Source: Spirochaetia bacterium (lineage in GTDB: Bacteria > Spirochaetota > Spirochaetia > DAHUYW01). From it: a DNA stretch of 64,000 nucleotides. A program made the translations under genes and the position numbers. The notes below the pieces were generated by a model that was not told the DNA's origin, made no database searches, and saw only the letters and a program-made list of their open reading frames with translations. The stretch covers positions 19,787 through 83,786 of the forward strand of contig JASHNV010000119.1 in NCBI GenBank assembly GCA_030041455.1. The letters run 5' to 3'. Below are positions 22,354-31,916 of this stretch, one piece after another (the first letter of the stretch is position 1; every line of letters starts with the position of its first letter).

Positions 22354-22992
22354 ATGACGACGCACGACCAGCCGGTCCCCCTCACCATCGCGCTTCCCAA
22401 GGGACGCTTGCTGCCGAAGATTCTCGAGTTCTTCGAGTCCCGCGGCATCGCGCTGACCTTCGAGGACAGGAGGCTCGTCGCCTACGACGAGAACGGCCGA
22501 TTCAAGGCGTTCCTCGTGAAAAACAACGACCTTCCGACGTACGTCAACCACGGCATCGCGGGTCTCGGCGTCTGCGGCTCGGACGTCCTCTACGAGTCCG
22601 GTTTCCGCTTCTTCAAGCTCCTGACCTTCCCCTTCGGCCGAACCCGCATCTGCCTGGCCGGAAGGAAGGGCCTCGGCGCCGAGACCTATCCCCGGCACCT
22701 AGCGGTCGCGACGAAGCTCACGCGCTTTACGCAGGACCATTTTCACTCCCGCGGGGTGCCGGTCCAGGTCATCAAGCTCGAGGGGTCGGTGGAGCTCGCG
22801 CCGGTGCTCGGGCTCGCGCCGTTCATCGTCGACCTCGTCGAGACCGGCGAGACGCTTCGGGCGAACAGCCTCGAGGTCATCGAGAAGCTCGGCGACGTCA
22901 CGGTTCACCTCGTCGCGAACCCCTCCTATTACAAGCTGAACTATCAAAGCATCAACCGGATCGCGGAGCTCCTGAAGGAGAGTGGCGAATGA
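22354..22992 (+). CDS. hisG: ATP phosphoribosyltransferase, short form
   Basis: IALPKGRL, GSVELAP and DLVETGETL motifs. The 212-aa short form fits with nearby hisZ. Confidence 0.96.
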   Translation: MTTHDQPVPLTIALPKGRLLPKILEFFESRGIALTFEDRRLVAYDENGRFKAFLVKNNDLPTYVNHGIAGLGVCGSDVLYESGFRFFKLLTFPFGRTRICLAGRKGLGAETYPRHLAVATKLTRFTQDHFHSRGVPVQVIKLEGSVELAPVLGLAPFIVDLVETGETLRANSLEVIEKLGDVTVHLVANPSYYKLNYQSINRIAELLKESGE

Positions 22993-23579
22993 AAGACCGC
23001 AGCGTCTCGCACAAGCGGATCACGAAGGAGACCGAGGTCTCCGTCGATCTCAACCTCACGCGCCCCCGAGAGATCGAGATCGACGTCGAGGGGCTGCCCT
23101 TCCTCGCGCACCTCCTCCACGCGCTCGCGTTCCACGGCGGCTTCTCGGTCGGGATCAAGGCGCGCGGCGACGTCGAGGTGGATCCGCATCACCTCGTCGA
23201 GGATGTCGGGCTCGTCCTCGGCGGCGCCTTCGGAAAAATCGTCGCCGACCACGGCAACGTTCGTCGCTTCGGCCACGCCGTCATCCCCATGGACGACGCG
23301 CTCGCCGAGGCCGCGGTCGACGTGTGCGGCAGGCCGTTTCTCGTCTACCGCGCGCCCTATCCGCAGGAGTGGGCGGGCACCTTCGATTTGTCGCTCCTGA
23401 ACGAGTTCTTCACGGCCTTCGCGAACGAGGCGCGGATCAATCTCCACCTCGAGTGCCGCTACGGAGCGAACGGCCACCACATGGCCGAGGCGCTGTTCAA
23501 GGCGACGGGCAAGGCGCTCGCGGAGGCCTACGCGCCGACCGACGAGGAGCCGCTCTCGACGAAGGGCAGGCTCGGATAG
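22989..23579 (+). CDS. hisB: Imidazoleglycerol-phosphate dehydratase
   Basis: R.TKET, DPHHLVED, PMDDA, NGHHMAEALFKA and STKG motifs. Confidence 0.96.
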   Translation: MKDRSVSHKRITKETEVSVDLNLTRPREIEIDVEGLPFLAHLLHALAFHGGFSVGIKARGDVEVDPHHLVEDVGLVLGGAFGKIVADHGNVRRFGHAVIPMDDALAEAAVDVCGRPFLVYRAPYPQEWAGTFDLSLLNEFFTAFANEARINLHLECRYGANGHHMAEALFKATGKALAEAYAPTDEEPLSTKGRLG

Positions 23580-23641
23580 CGCGCTCGATACGCGGCGGGG
23601 ATTGCTTTTATGACGGGGGTCGACTATAGTCGAATCGTGGA

Positions 23642-23986
23642 ATGAAGAAAGACGATCTGGCTGGAATCCCGCGTGAAGGATTCATAAAAGTAGACAGCCA
23701 CAAGCTCGCGTCCCTTTCCGGAGAGCAGAAGACGGCGCTCATCCGCAAAGGCAACGAGCTCTTCAATGCCGGCGACTTCGAGAAGGCAAAGCGGATCTTC
23801 CTCACCACGGGATACACGGACGGCATCATTCGGATGGGTGACTACTATTTCGGCAAGCGAGACCCTCTTGAAGCGCTTCGGATGTACTGGCTGGCGCCGG
23901 CTCCCGACAAGAAGGACATGATCGTCGAACGGATCGCCAGGGTGCTGCAGAATTTGCTGAAAGAGGAAGGAAGTTCCGGGAAATGA
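23642..23986 (+). CDS. Conserved hypothetical helical (TPR-like) protein
   Basis: LIRKGNELFN.G...AKRIFLTTGY.DGIIRMGD segment. Promoter TTGCTT-17nt-TATAGT at 23602-23630. Confidence 0.8.
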   Translation: MKKDDLAGIPREGFIKVDSHKLASLSGEQKTALIRKGNELFNAGDFEKAKRIFLTTGYTDGIIRMGDYYFGKRDPLEALRMYWLAPAPDKKDMIVERIARVLQNLLKEEGSSGK

Positions 23987-25116
23987 GCGGGGCAGTTGAC
24001 CGAGGAGCCGAGAACTCCGGCTCCTCGCTGAAAACCGAGCAGTTGACGGAGATCTCGGAGCTTTCGAGACGGGGCTATCAGCTCCTGAAGGAAAACATGG
24101 TCGAGGAGGCCGAGGAGGCCTTCAAGAAGATCATGGAGGTCGACGAGAACAACAACTACGCGCTCGTCGGGATGGGGGATGCCGAGCGAAAGCGCCGACG
24201 CTTCCGGCAGGCGGTCGAGTTCTACCTGCAGTGCCTGCAGCACCACCCAGGCAACAACTACGCGCTCTTCGGGCTTGCCGACTGCTATAAGGCGCTCAAT
24301 CAGTACAACCAAGCGATCAAGATCTGGGAGCAGTATCTCCTTCACGACGACTCGAACGTCACGGTCCTCACTCGCGTCGCCGACGCCTATCGGAAGGTGC
24401 GCGACTTCAAGCGGTCGAAGGAGATCTACCTGCGCGTGCTCGCGAAGGAGAAGGACAACGCCTACGCGCTCATCGGCCTCGGCCACCTTCACTACGACTT
24501 CAAGGAGTACGCGGAGGCGCTGAAATATTGGGAGCGGATGATCGAGGTCGATCCCGAGAACGTCGATATCCGCGTCCTCACCTCCATCGGCAACTGCCAC
24601 CGGAAGCTCAGGACCTTCGAGAGGGGGCTCTACTATTTCGGGCGCGCGCTGCAGGCGGAGCCGAACAACTTCTACGCGTTGTTCGGCATGGCGGACTGCT
24701 ACCGCGGTCTCGACGACCAGCGCAAGTGCCTGGAGTACTGGAACAAGATCCTCGTCCTCGATCCCGGGAACAAGGTGATCCTCACGCGGGCGGGCGACGC
24801 GTACCGCAGCATGTCGAACTACCAGGACGCCGAGCGGTACTATCGCAAGGCGCTCAATATCGAGTTCGACGGCTTCGCGATCCTCGGCCTCGCGCTCATC
24901 AACAAGGAGCGCGGGAATTATCAGGAGGCGATCGACAGCCTCCAAGCCCTCCTCAAGAACGATCCGAAGAACTTTCGCCTCTATGTGGAAATCGCCGAGT
25001 GCTACGCCGCGCTCGGCAAGAAAGACAGGGCGACGGCCATCCTCCTGCAGTTTCAGAGGCTCGGCATACGGAACAGCTCCGTGACTCGCCTCCTCGACGC
25101 GCTGCAGAGAGCCTGA
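23983..25116 (+). CDS. Tetratricopeptide repeat protein
   Basis: About nine 34-aa repeats of the type N.YALFG.ADCY... Confidence 0.92.
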   Translation: MSGAVDRGAENSGSSLKTEQLTEISELSRRGYQLLKENMVEEAEEAFKKIMEVDENNNYALVGMGDAERKRRRFRQAVEFYLQCLQHHPGNNYALFGLADCYKALNQYNQAIKIWEQYLLHDDSNVTVLTRVADAYRKVRDFKRSKEIYLRVLAKEKDNAYALIGLGHLHYDFKEYAEALKYWERMIEVDPENVDIRVLTSIGNCHRKLRTFERGLYYFGRALQAEPNNFYALFGMADCYRGLDDQRKCLEYWNKILVLDPGNKVILTRAGDAYRSMSNYQDAERYYRKALNIEFDGFAILGLALINKERGNYQEAIDSLQALLKNDPKNFRLYVEIAECYAALGKKDRATAILLQFQRLGIRNSSVTRLLDALQRA

Positions 25117-25137
25117 GGAGCGCGATGCGGGCGCCGG

Positions 25138-26931
25138 CTATTCGAGAACCGCGCGGATGCGCCGGACGCCGGCGGAGGAGGACTGCTCCTTCGTGATCTT
25201 GAAGCGGCCGAGCACTCCGGTATGCTCGACGTGCGGCCCGCCGCAGACCTCCTCCGAGAAGTCCCCGATGGAGTAGACCTTCACCTTCTCGCCGTATTTC
25301 TCGTCGAAGAACGCGTAGGCGCCCCGCGCCCTCGCCTCGTCGAGGGTCATGACCTCCATCACCACGGGGAGGTCGGCCTTGATCTCGGCGTTCACGATGT
25401 CCTCGACCCGGCCGATCTGCCCTTCGGTCATCTTCTCCGGATGGGTGAAATCGAAACGCAGCCGCTCGGCGGTGATGTTGCTGCCCATCTGCCGGACGTG
25501 GTCGCCGAGCGTCATGTGAAGCGCCTTGTGGAGGAGATGGGTCGCCGTGTGGAGCTTCGTGGTCATCTCCGAGTGATCGGCGAGCCCGCCCTTGAAGGTC
25601 CGCTCCGAGCCGACCTTGGAAAGCTCCTGGTGGCGCGAGAACGCCTCGTCGAAGCCCGCGGAATCGACCGAAAGGCCGTGCTCGGCCGCGAGCTCCTGGG
25701 TGATCTCGAGGGGAAAGCCGTAGGTGTCGTAGAGCCTGAAGGCGACGCGCCCGGGAATGGTCTTCGCGGGGTCGTCGAGCAGCTCGGGAAGCATTTTCTC
25801 GAACTCGCCCTCCCCCACTCTGAGCGTCTTCAGGAAGCGCTCCTCCTCGAGGGCAAGCTCTTCCATGATGGTCGCGCGGCCCGCGGCAAGCTCCGGATAG
25901 GCTCCCTCGTAGAGATCGACGACGACGCTGGCCGGCTTCTCGAGGAACTTGCCCTCGATGCCGAGCTTGCGGCCGTGGCGAAGCGCGCGTCGGATGAGAC
26001 GGCGCAGGATGTATCCGGCGCCGAGATTGGAGGGCGTCACGGCCCGCTGGTCGCCGAGGATGAAGCTCGCCGTGCGAACGTGGTCGGAGATGATGCGGAT
26101 GGAGCGGTCGGTCGGCTCGTCTCTTCCGAACCGAGCGCCCGAAACCCTCTCGATCTCGGCGATGACGGGCGAGAAGACCTCCGTCTCGTAGACCGACTTC
26201 TTGCGCTGGAGCATCGCCACGGTCCGCTCGATGCCCATGCCGGTATCGACGTTCGGCCGGGGAAGCCGCTCGTAGCTGCCGTCGGCGCGCTTGTTGTACT
26301 CCATGAAGACGTCGTTCCAGATCTCGAAGTACTTCCCGCACGAGCAACCCGGCCGGCAATCGGGTCCGCAGGCCGGCTCTCCGGTGTCGATGAACATCTC
26401 GGAATCCGGCCCGCAGGGCCCGGTCTCCCCCGCGGGTCCCCACCAGTTGTCCTTTCGAGGAAGGAAATAGATGCGCTCTGCGGGGACCCCGAGCGACCGC
26501 CAAACCTCGGCGCTCTCCGCGTCGCGGGCGACCTCTCGGTCTCCCGCGAAGCAGGTGACCGAGAGGGCCTCAGGATCGAGCCCGAGCCATCGCGGCGAGG
26601 TGAGAAACTCGTAGCTCATCTCGATCGCTTCTTTCTTGAAATAATCGCCGAGGGACCAGTTGCCGAGCATCTCGAAGAAGGTGAGGTGGCCCGAGTCGCC
26701 GACCGCCTCGATGTCGCCGGTTCGAATGCATTTCTGATAGTCGGTGAGCCGCGTGCCGGCCGGGTGGCGCTCGCCGAGGAGGTAGGGCACGAGGGGATGC
26801 ATCCCGGCGGTCGTGAAGAGCACCGTCGGATCGTTGTCCGGGATGAGCGACTTGCCGGAGATCTGGGCGTGACCCTTGGAGACGAAGAACTCGATGTATT
26901 TCGTGCGGAGGTCGTTCGCCGTGCGTATCAT
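25138..26931 (-). CDS. alaS: Alanyl-tRNA synthetase, short form (597 aa, no C-Ala domain)
   Basis: DPTVLFTTAGM, HLTFFEMLGNWS and VDTGMG motifs; editing motifs HTATH and CGGPH. ATG at 26931. Confidence 0.97.
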   Translation of the reverse strand: MIRTANDLRTKYIEFFVSKGHAQISGKSLIPDNDPTVLFTTAGMHPLVPYLLGERHPAGTRLTDYQKCIRTGDIEAVGDSGHLTFFEMLGNWSLGDYFKKEAIEMSYEFLTSPRWLGLDPEALSVTCFAGDREVARDAESAEVWRSLGVPAERIYFLPRKDNWWGPAGETGPCGPDSEMFIDTGEPACGPDCRPGCSCGKYFEIWNDVFMEYNKRADGSYERLPRPNVDTGMGIERTVAMLQRKKSVYETEVFSPVIAEIERVSGARFGRDEPTDRSIRIISDHVRTASFILGDQRAVTPSNLGAGYILRRLIRRALRHGRKLGIEGKFLEKPASVVVDLYEGAYPELAAGRATIMEELALEEERFLKTLRVGEGEFEKMLPELLDDPAKTIPGRVAFRLYDTYGFPLEITQELAAEHGLSVDSAGFDEAFSRHQELSKVGSERTFKGGLADHSEMTTKLHTATHLLHKALHMTLGDHVRQMGSNITAERLRFDFTHPEKMTEGQIGRVEDIVNAEIKADLPVVMEVMTLDEARARGAYAFFDEKYGEKVKVYSIGDFSEEVCGGPHVEHTGVLGRFKITKEQSSSAGVRRIRAVLE

Positions 26932-26940
26932 AGAGAAAAT

Positions 26941-27018
26941 ATAGTAATTGGAGCGGCAGGCCATGTCAAGTTTCGGATACCTGTCCGCGTTGACAATGCC
27001 AAGGTGCATCTATATACT
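26941..27018. promoter_or_regulatory. Back-to-back sigma70 promoters for alaS (-) and the AOS/SPT gene (+)
   Basis: Minus strand: TTGACA(26969-26964)-17nt-TACTAT(26946-26941). Plus strand: TTGACA(26990)-17nt-TATACT(27013). Confidence 0.75.
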
Positions 27019-27057
27019 GCGAGCATCTCAGCACCCCAGGCGTAGGAAACAGAAGGC

Positions 27058-28266
27058 ATGGACATATTCGAGAAATGCACGACTTCCCCCATCACGAAGC
27101 TAGCCCATGAGTACATAGACTCGGCATTGTACCCCTATTTCAGGCCGATCGAGACCGGTCAGGATACCGAGGTTTACATCCAGGGGAAAAAGTTCCTCAT
27201 GCTCGGATCCAACAGCTACCTCGGCCTTACCTCCGACCTTCGCGTCATCGAGGCGGCGAACGAGGCGACGAGGAAATACGGCACCGGCAACGCGGGATCG
27301 CGCTTTCTCAACGGCACCCTCGATATCCACGAGAAGCTCGAGGCGAAAATCGCCCGCCTGATGAACCGCGAGAAGGCGATTCTCTATTCGACCGGCTACC
27401 AGACGAACCTCGGGGTCATCTCGGGGCTCGTCGGCAAGGGCGACGTCGTCATCACGGACAAGGCCGATCACGCCTCGATCATCGACGGCTGCAAGCTCTC
27501 CTACGGCGAGATGCTGCGCTTCCGCCACCAGGACATCGACCACCTCGACAAGGTCCTCGAAAAGATCCCCGAGGAGAAGGGGAAGCTGATCGTCGTCGAC
27601 GGCGTCTACTCCATGGAGGGCGACATCGCGGACCTGCCGGGAATCATTCCGGTCGCGAAGAAGCACGGCGCGCGCGTCATGGTCGACGACGCGCACGCGA
27701 TCGGGGTCATCGGCCGCCAGGGCCGCGGGACCGCCTCCTACTGGGCGGAGAAGAAGCGAATCAACGAGCAGGACGTGGACATCATCACCGGGACTTTCTC
27801 GAAGTCCTGGGCCTCCCTCGGCGGCTTCTGCGCCTGCAGCGAAGAGGTCATGCTCTATCTCAGGCACGTGTCGCGCTCCCTCATATTCTCGGCGAGCATG
27901 ACGCCGGGAGCGGTCGCCTCGGTCTCGAAGGCGATCGATATCATGGTCGAAGAGCCCGAGCGCATCGAGCACCTGTGGCACATCACGAACAAGATGCACG
28001 ACGCCTTCCTGAAAATGGGGTTCAAGATCGGGCGGAGCGAGACGCCCATCCTTCCGATCTACGTCGGCCAGCTCCACGACGCCCTGACCTTCTGGAAGGA
28101 GCTTACGAACAACGGCCTGTTCGTGAATCCCGCGGTTCCCCCCGCGGTACCGGAAGGCGAGTGCCTTATGCGCACGAGCTACATGGCGACGCACACCGAC
28201 GAGCAGATGGATTACGCCCTCGACGTGTTCGAGCGGGTGGGCAAGAGCATCGGAATCATTCCGTAG
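27058..28266 (+). CDS. Alpha-oxoamine synthase family PLP enzyme, serine palmitoyltransferase-like
   Basis: YPYFRPIE..QDTEV, GSNSYLGL, GSRFLNGTLDIH, HASIIDG, DDAH and GTFSKS motifs. Confidence 0.85.
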   Translation: MDIFEKCTTSPITKLAHEYIDSALYPYFRPIETGQDTEVYIQGKKFLMLGSNSYLGLTSDLRVIEAANEATRKYGTGNAGSRFLNGTLDIHEKLEAKIARLMNREKAILYSTGYQTNLGVISGLVGKGDVVITDKADHASIIDGCKLSYGEMLRFRHQDIDHLDKVLEKIPEEKGKLIVVDGVYSMEGDIADLPGIIPVAKKHGARVMVDDAHAIGVIGRQGRGTASYWAEKKRINEQDVDIITGTFSKSWASLGGFCACSEEVMLYLRHVSRSLIFSASMTPGAVASVSKAIDIMVEEPERIEHLWHITNKMHDAFLKMGFKIGRSETPILPIYVGQLHDALTFWKELTNNGLFVNPAVPPAVPEGECLMRTSYMATHTDEQMDYALDVFERVGKSIGIIP

Positions 28267-28286
28267 GGCCGGTTCGCGCCCGAAGC

Positions 28287-28778
28287 CTAGAAGTCCTCAA
28301 GGTCGAGATCGGCGGGGTTCGTCACGAAGTCTTGGAAGACGTAGACGATCGTGCCGCTCTTGCTCACCCTCATCTCGGAGTGACCCTTTTTCACGAGGCC
28401 GTCGAGCTCGCGCTTCGCCTCCTCGATCGGGATGTCGGCCTCAAGCGCCACCTCGGAGGGCGTTACCCGCCCGCGGTTCGCCTTCGCGGTGCGGAGGATC
28501 ACCCGTTCCGTCGAGTCCTTCTTTGGCGCCTGAGCGCCGCGCTCCGGGACGATCCCGCTCAAGAGCGCCTCGCGGTAGCGGACGCGCAGGTTCGCCTCGC
28601 GCACCTGCGTCGGGATCGTGAACAGGTCGTAGATGCTCCCGACCATGAAAAGGCCGCCCGTGAGAAGATAGAGCACGCCGCTTCCGAACTTCCCGAGGTA
28701 GAAGCGGTGGAAGCCCGCGGCGCCGAACCCGGAGAAGAACCACAGAAGGTAGGCGATCGCCGTCGAGTACACGGTCAA
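28287..28778 (-). CDS. TM2/NINE-domain membrane protein with a C-terminal winged-helix-like segment
   Basis: AYLLWFFSGFG..GFHRFYLGK..SG.LYLLTGG motif. Confidence 0.85.
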   Translation of the reverse strand: MTVYSTAIAYLLWFFSGFGAAGFHRFYLGKFGSGVLYLLTGGLFMVGSIYDLFTIPTQVREANLRVRYREALLSGIVPERGAQAPKKDSTERVILRTAKANRGRVTPSEVALEADIPIEEAKRELDGLVKKGHSEMRVSKSGTIVYVFQDFVTNPADLDLEDF

Positions 28779-28781
28779 CCC

Positions 28782-30020
28782 TCAATCGACAAAATTGTCG
28801 TCCCAGTGAATCGAGATCTTGCGCTGCCCGTCGAGCTCGAGGAGATAATCGACGAACTCTTTGGTCGCCTTGTCCACGTCGCTCTTTCGCATCTTGCCGA
28901 GGTGCTCGAGCTCCTCGGCGACGATCGTCCGACGGCGCGCGGAGAGGTTCGCGAGCAGCTTTGCGCCGATCGCTTCGTCCTTGCCCTTGAGCAGGACCGC
29001 GATCTCCCGGTCGTCGTACTCCCTGAGGATCGACTGCAAGTCCTGGTCGTCCACTTTGAGCAGGATCTCGACGGTGTACACCCGATCCTTCACGTTGCGC
29101 GAGAGCTCCGGATCGAACTCGGCGAGATCCCCGAGGATCTTCTCCTCCGATGCGATGTCCATGTGCTTGAGGATCTCCGCGAGCGCGGCCTTTCCGTCGA
29201 GGTCGCGCGAGACGACGGTGCCCTGGGTCCTGATGCGCTCCTTCAGGACCTCCTCGATGCGGTTGATGACCTCGGGATCCACCTTCTCCATCTTCGCGAT
29301 GCGCTTGACAACCTGGCTCTGAATGTCGGGCGGGAGGTGCTCCACGATCTTGGCGGCCTTCTTCGGATCGAGGCTCGCGAGGACGATGCTCACCGCGCGC
29401 GCCGACTCGCTCTTCAGGAGGAGAAGAATCTGCTCGTAGTCGATGTCGGCGAGGAATCCGAAGGGGGATTGGCCCGAGCGCGGGAGCGCGCGGCGGATGA
29501 GCGACGCCGCGCGCTCCTCGCCGAACGCCGCCCTCAGCATCGCCTTCGCGGTCTCGGGGCCGGCCTTCACCGAGTGCGCCTGCCGCTTCGCCGCGCCGAA
29601 CTCCTTCAGGAGCTGCTTCGCCTCGCCGTCGTCGATCCGGCGGACCCGCGCGATCTCGGCGGTGATGCCCTCGATCTCCTCGCGGGTGAAGTGCTTGAGA
29701 ATCTTCGCGGCTTCTTCCTGGCCGAGAAGGAGCAGGAAGCGCGCGACCTTCCGGTAGCCGCGCTCGCCCGCCCGGGCTTTGAGGAGACCCTCGGTCTTCG
29801 CCGTCCCCGCGGGGGCGGGATCGCTTCGGACGCCCTTCGCGGCGCTCGGGGCTCGAGAGCGGTCCGCGGGCGCTGTACGCCGCGCGCCGTGCGCCGCATG
29901 CTTTCCTGAAAGCTCGACGGTGGCCTGCAGCGCGTCCTTCGGTCTCGGCTTCGCGCCCGATCCCTTCCCCTTCCCGCTCGCCGCGCGGTAGGCCGCGATG
30001 CCCCTCTCCGCCTCGTTCAT
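28782..30020 (-). CDS. fliG: Flagellar motor switch protein FliG paralogue (start uncertain)
   Basis: KVARFLLLLGQEEAAKILK, PFGFL, RIAKM and a C-terminal domain with NLSARR. The N-terminal extension is low complexity. Confidence 0.85.
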   Translation of the reverse strand: MNEAERGIAAYRAASGKGKGSGAKPRPKDALQATVELSGKHAAHGARRTAPADRSRAPSAAKGVRSDPAPAGTAKTEGLLKARAGERGYRKVARFLLLLGQEEAAKILKHFTREEIEGITAEIARVRRIDDGEAKQLLKEFGAAKRQAHSVKAGPETAKAMLRAAFGEERAASLIRRALPRSGQSPFGFLADIDYEQILLLLKSESARAVSIVLASLDPKKAAKIVEHLPPDIQSQVVKRIAKMEKVDPEVINRIEEVLKERIRTQGTVVSRDLDGKAALAEILKHMDIASEEKILGDLAEFDPELSRNVKDRVYTVEILLKVDDQDLQSILREYDDREIAVLLKGKDEAIGAKLLANLSARRRTIVAEELEHLGKMRKSDVDKATKEFVDYLLELDGQRKISIHWDDNFVD

Positions 30021-30086
30021 GCCCCATCATACCAGCGCGCAATTCGGCGGTCAATCGACGCGGACCTCCCGGGATCGTCGAGCTTC

Positions 30087-30115
30087 TTGACTTTTTCCCC
30101 GGGTGAGGCTATAGA
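30087..30115 (+). promoter_or_regulatory. tRNA promoter
   Basis: TTGACT-17nt-TATAGA. Confidence 0.6.
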
Positions 30116-30132
30116 TGAGCATTCGTAACGAA

Positions 30133-30205
30133 GCCGCTGTAGCTCAGTTGGTAGAGCAATGGACTGAAAATCCATGTGTCGACGGTTCGATTCCGTCTGG
30201 CGGCA
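30133..30205 (+). tRNA. tRNA-Phe (GAA), CCA not encoded
   Basis: Acceptor stem GCCGCTG/TGGCGGC-A, D-arm AGCTCAGTTGGTAGAGC, anticodon arm ATGGA-CTGAAAA-TCCAT and T-arm GACGG-TTCGATT-CCGTC. Confidence 0.97.
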
Positions 30206-30219
30206 GCCTCCGTCCTGGC

Positions 30220-30240
30220 GCCGGAGTCTTTTCCGGCTTT
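30220..30240 (+). terminator. Probable terminator after tRNA-Phe
   Basis: GCCGGA-loop-TCCGGC followed by TTT. Confidence 0.5.
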
Positions 30241-30400
30241 CAGGCTTCCCGGTCGATGCCCCGAAATGCCGCCTTCGGCGCCGCGAGGAAGAATCGAGCG
30301 TCGGCCGAATGCGCACGACGCGCGCTGAATCGACGCGAACCGGGACCAGCGCCGTGTCGAGCTCGTCCGCTCACGCCGAGGACACTCCTCCCAAGAGTCC

Positions 30401-31120
30401 TCATGGACGAGTCGCGCAGTACGCGGCAAAGACCCCGTTCTTGTGGAGCACCTCCGGCCCGTCGAATCCGGCGGCGGTGAGCAGCGCGAACTGAAAGCCG
30501 AGCGACCTCGGGGTGTCCTCGCGCTCGACGTACCGAAAGACCTTCCGTTGATAGTCCTCTCCGCCGAGCCCGATCAGGTACTGGCGGTAGCGCTCCCACT
30601 GGACCCCTTGAAGCGCGGGCGACTCGTGCGACACGAGGTCGGCGACCCACAGGGTGCCTTTCGGCCTGAGCGAGCGAAAGATCGCGGCGAAAACGGTCCG
30701 CCACTCCGCCGGTTCGCGCAAATGGTGGAGCACCGCGGCCGCGACGCACAGATCGTAGGCCGCTTCGGGAAGCGCGATCGTCCTGATATCGTCTTGTATC
30801 GTCTCGACGCGACCCGAGGTCTCCCGAGATACCCGCTCGCGAGCCCGCTCGAGCATGGGCGCGCTCAGGTCGACGAGCGTACAGTCGAGCCCGCCGATTT
30901 TTCGGAGCATCTTGAGCGTGAAATTGCCGGCGCCGCAGCCGATGTCGAGGATCCCGGTGGCGCTCGGATTCGTCCGCGCCGCCGAGTCGGCGACCAGGTC
31001 GAGGACGAGCGCCGCGTCCATCGTCGAGGTCTGGCCGGTCTCGATGCTGGAGAAACGCTCGACCTCTCCGTCGAAACGCCGCCGTATCTCCTCGACGTCG
31101 GACTTTTCAGGGGCGTTCAT
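30401..31120 (-). CDS. Class I SAM-dependent methyltransferase (CmoA-like)
   Basis: ILDIGCGAG, VDLSAPML and VLHHL motifs. Confidence 0.88.
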   Translation of the reverse strand: MNAPEKSDVEEIRRRFDGEVERFSSIETGQTSTMDAALVLDLVADSAARTNPSATGILDIGCGAGNFTLKMLRKIGGLDCTLVDLSAPMLERARERVSRETSGRVETIQDDIRTIALPEAAYDLCVAAAVLHHLREPAEWRTVFAAIFRSLRPKGTLWVADLVSHESPALQGVQWERYRQYLIGLGGEDYQRKVFRYVEREDTPRSLGFQFALLTAAGFDGPEVLHKNGVFAAYCATRP

Positions 31121-31216
31121 CGCGGATTCACCCTATCGAACGTTTCCGCCGAGCGCAAGCGCCCCGCTCGAGCGCGGGCTCCTCGCCGAGGAGCCTCGTC
31201 GGCTTGAAACGTCGTG

Positions 31217-31870
31217 CTACGCCCGGCGCATCTCGACGGCGACGCTCCCGTCCTCCCCGACCGAGAGCAGCGCGTACCTTCCGCTCAGGAAAGGGCCTGG
31301 ATTGACGATTCGCGTGACGCCGAGCGTGTCGACGCCCTCCGATTCGTGAATGTGGCCGCACAGGCAGGCTATCGGCTGTCTCTCGGCGAGAAACTCCCGT
31401 ACCCGGGAGCTCCCGACGTGGCGGCCGCTCTGGATGACGTCGGCGGCGGTGCCGAACGGCGGCTGGTGGGAGACGAGCACGAAGGGACCCGAGAGTCCTT
31501 CGGCCGCGCTCCGAAGCCGTTCTCCGAGCTCCTCTTCGCTTCGGGTAAAGGGCGTGAAAGCGGGCCCGGAAAGCGAGGCGCCGAGGCCCGCGAAGGTGAG
31601 CCCGCCGAGGGTGCGGCTGCGCCCGTCGAGGTTGATCCCGATCTCGTCGAGATACTCGTCGACCTCGGGGAGATCGCAGTTGCCGCACACCGCGAGCACC
31701 CGGGGATTGAGCGCGCTTGCCTCCTCCACGATCGACTGCGCCTCGCGCCTTCCGCCGAAGTTCGTCAAGTCTCCCGCGAGAACGAGGATGTCGGCCGCCT
31801 TGATGTCGCCCGCCGCGGCGGTGAAGTGGGTCGCGCTCCCGTGAAGGTCGGCCAAAACAGCGATTGTCAT
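31217..31870 (-). CDS. Calcineurin-like metallophosphoesterase
   Basis: DLHG, AGDL, GNCD, HQPP, GHIHE and NPG motifs. Confidence 0.92.
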   Translation of the reverse strand: MTIAVLADLHGSATHFTAAAGDIKAADILVLAGDLTNFGGRREAQSIVEEASALNPRVLAVCGNCDLPEVDEYLDEIGINLDGRSRTLGGLTFAGLGASLSGPAFTPFTRSEEELGERLRSAAEGLSGPFVLVSHQPPFGTAADVIQSGRHVGSSRVREFLAERQPIACLCGHIHESEGVDTLGVTRIVNPGPFLSGRYALLSVGEDGSVAVEMRRA

Positions 31871-31916
31871 TCCGGACTCTCCTCCCGAGCCGTCTCCGAG
31901 CCCGCCGGACGCCGCG

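Noticed and set aside
23983-25116. Periodic repeats such as AACAACTACGCGCTC
   Set aside because: They are explained by TPR protein repeats and are not a CRISPR or DNA repeat array.
30133-31120. tRNA-Phe as an integration site for a genomic island
   Set aside because: No integrase, no repeated tRNA 3' end and no compositional shift were seen.
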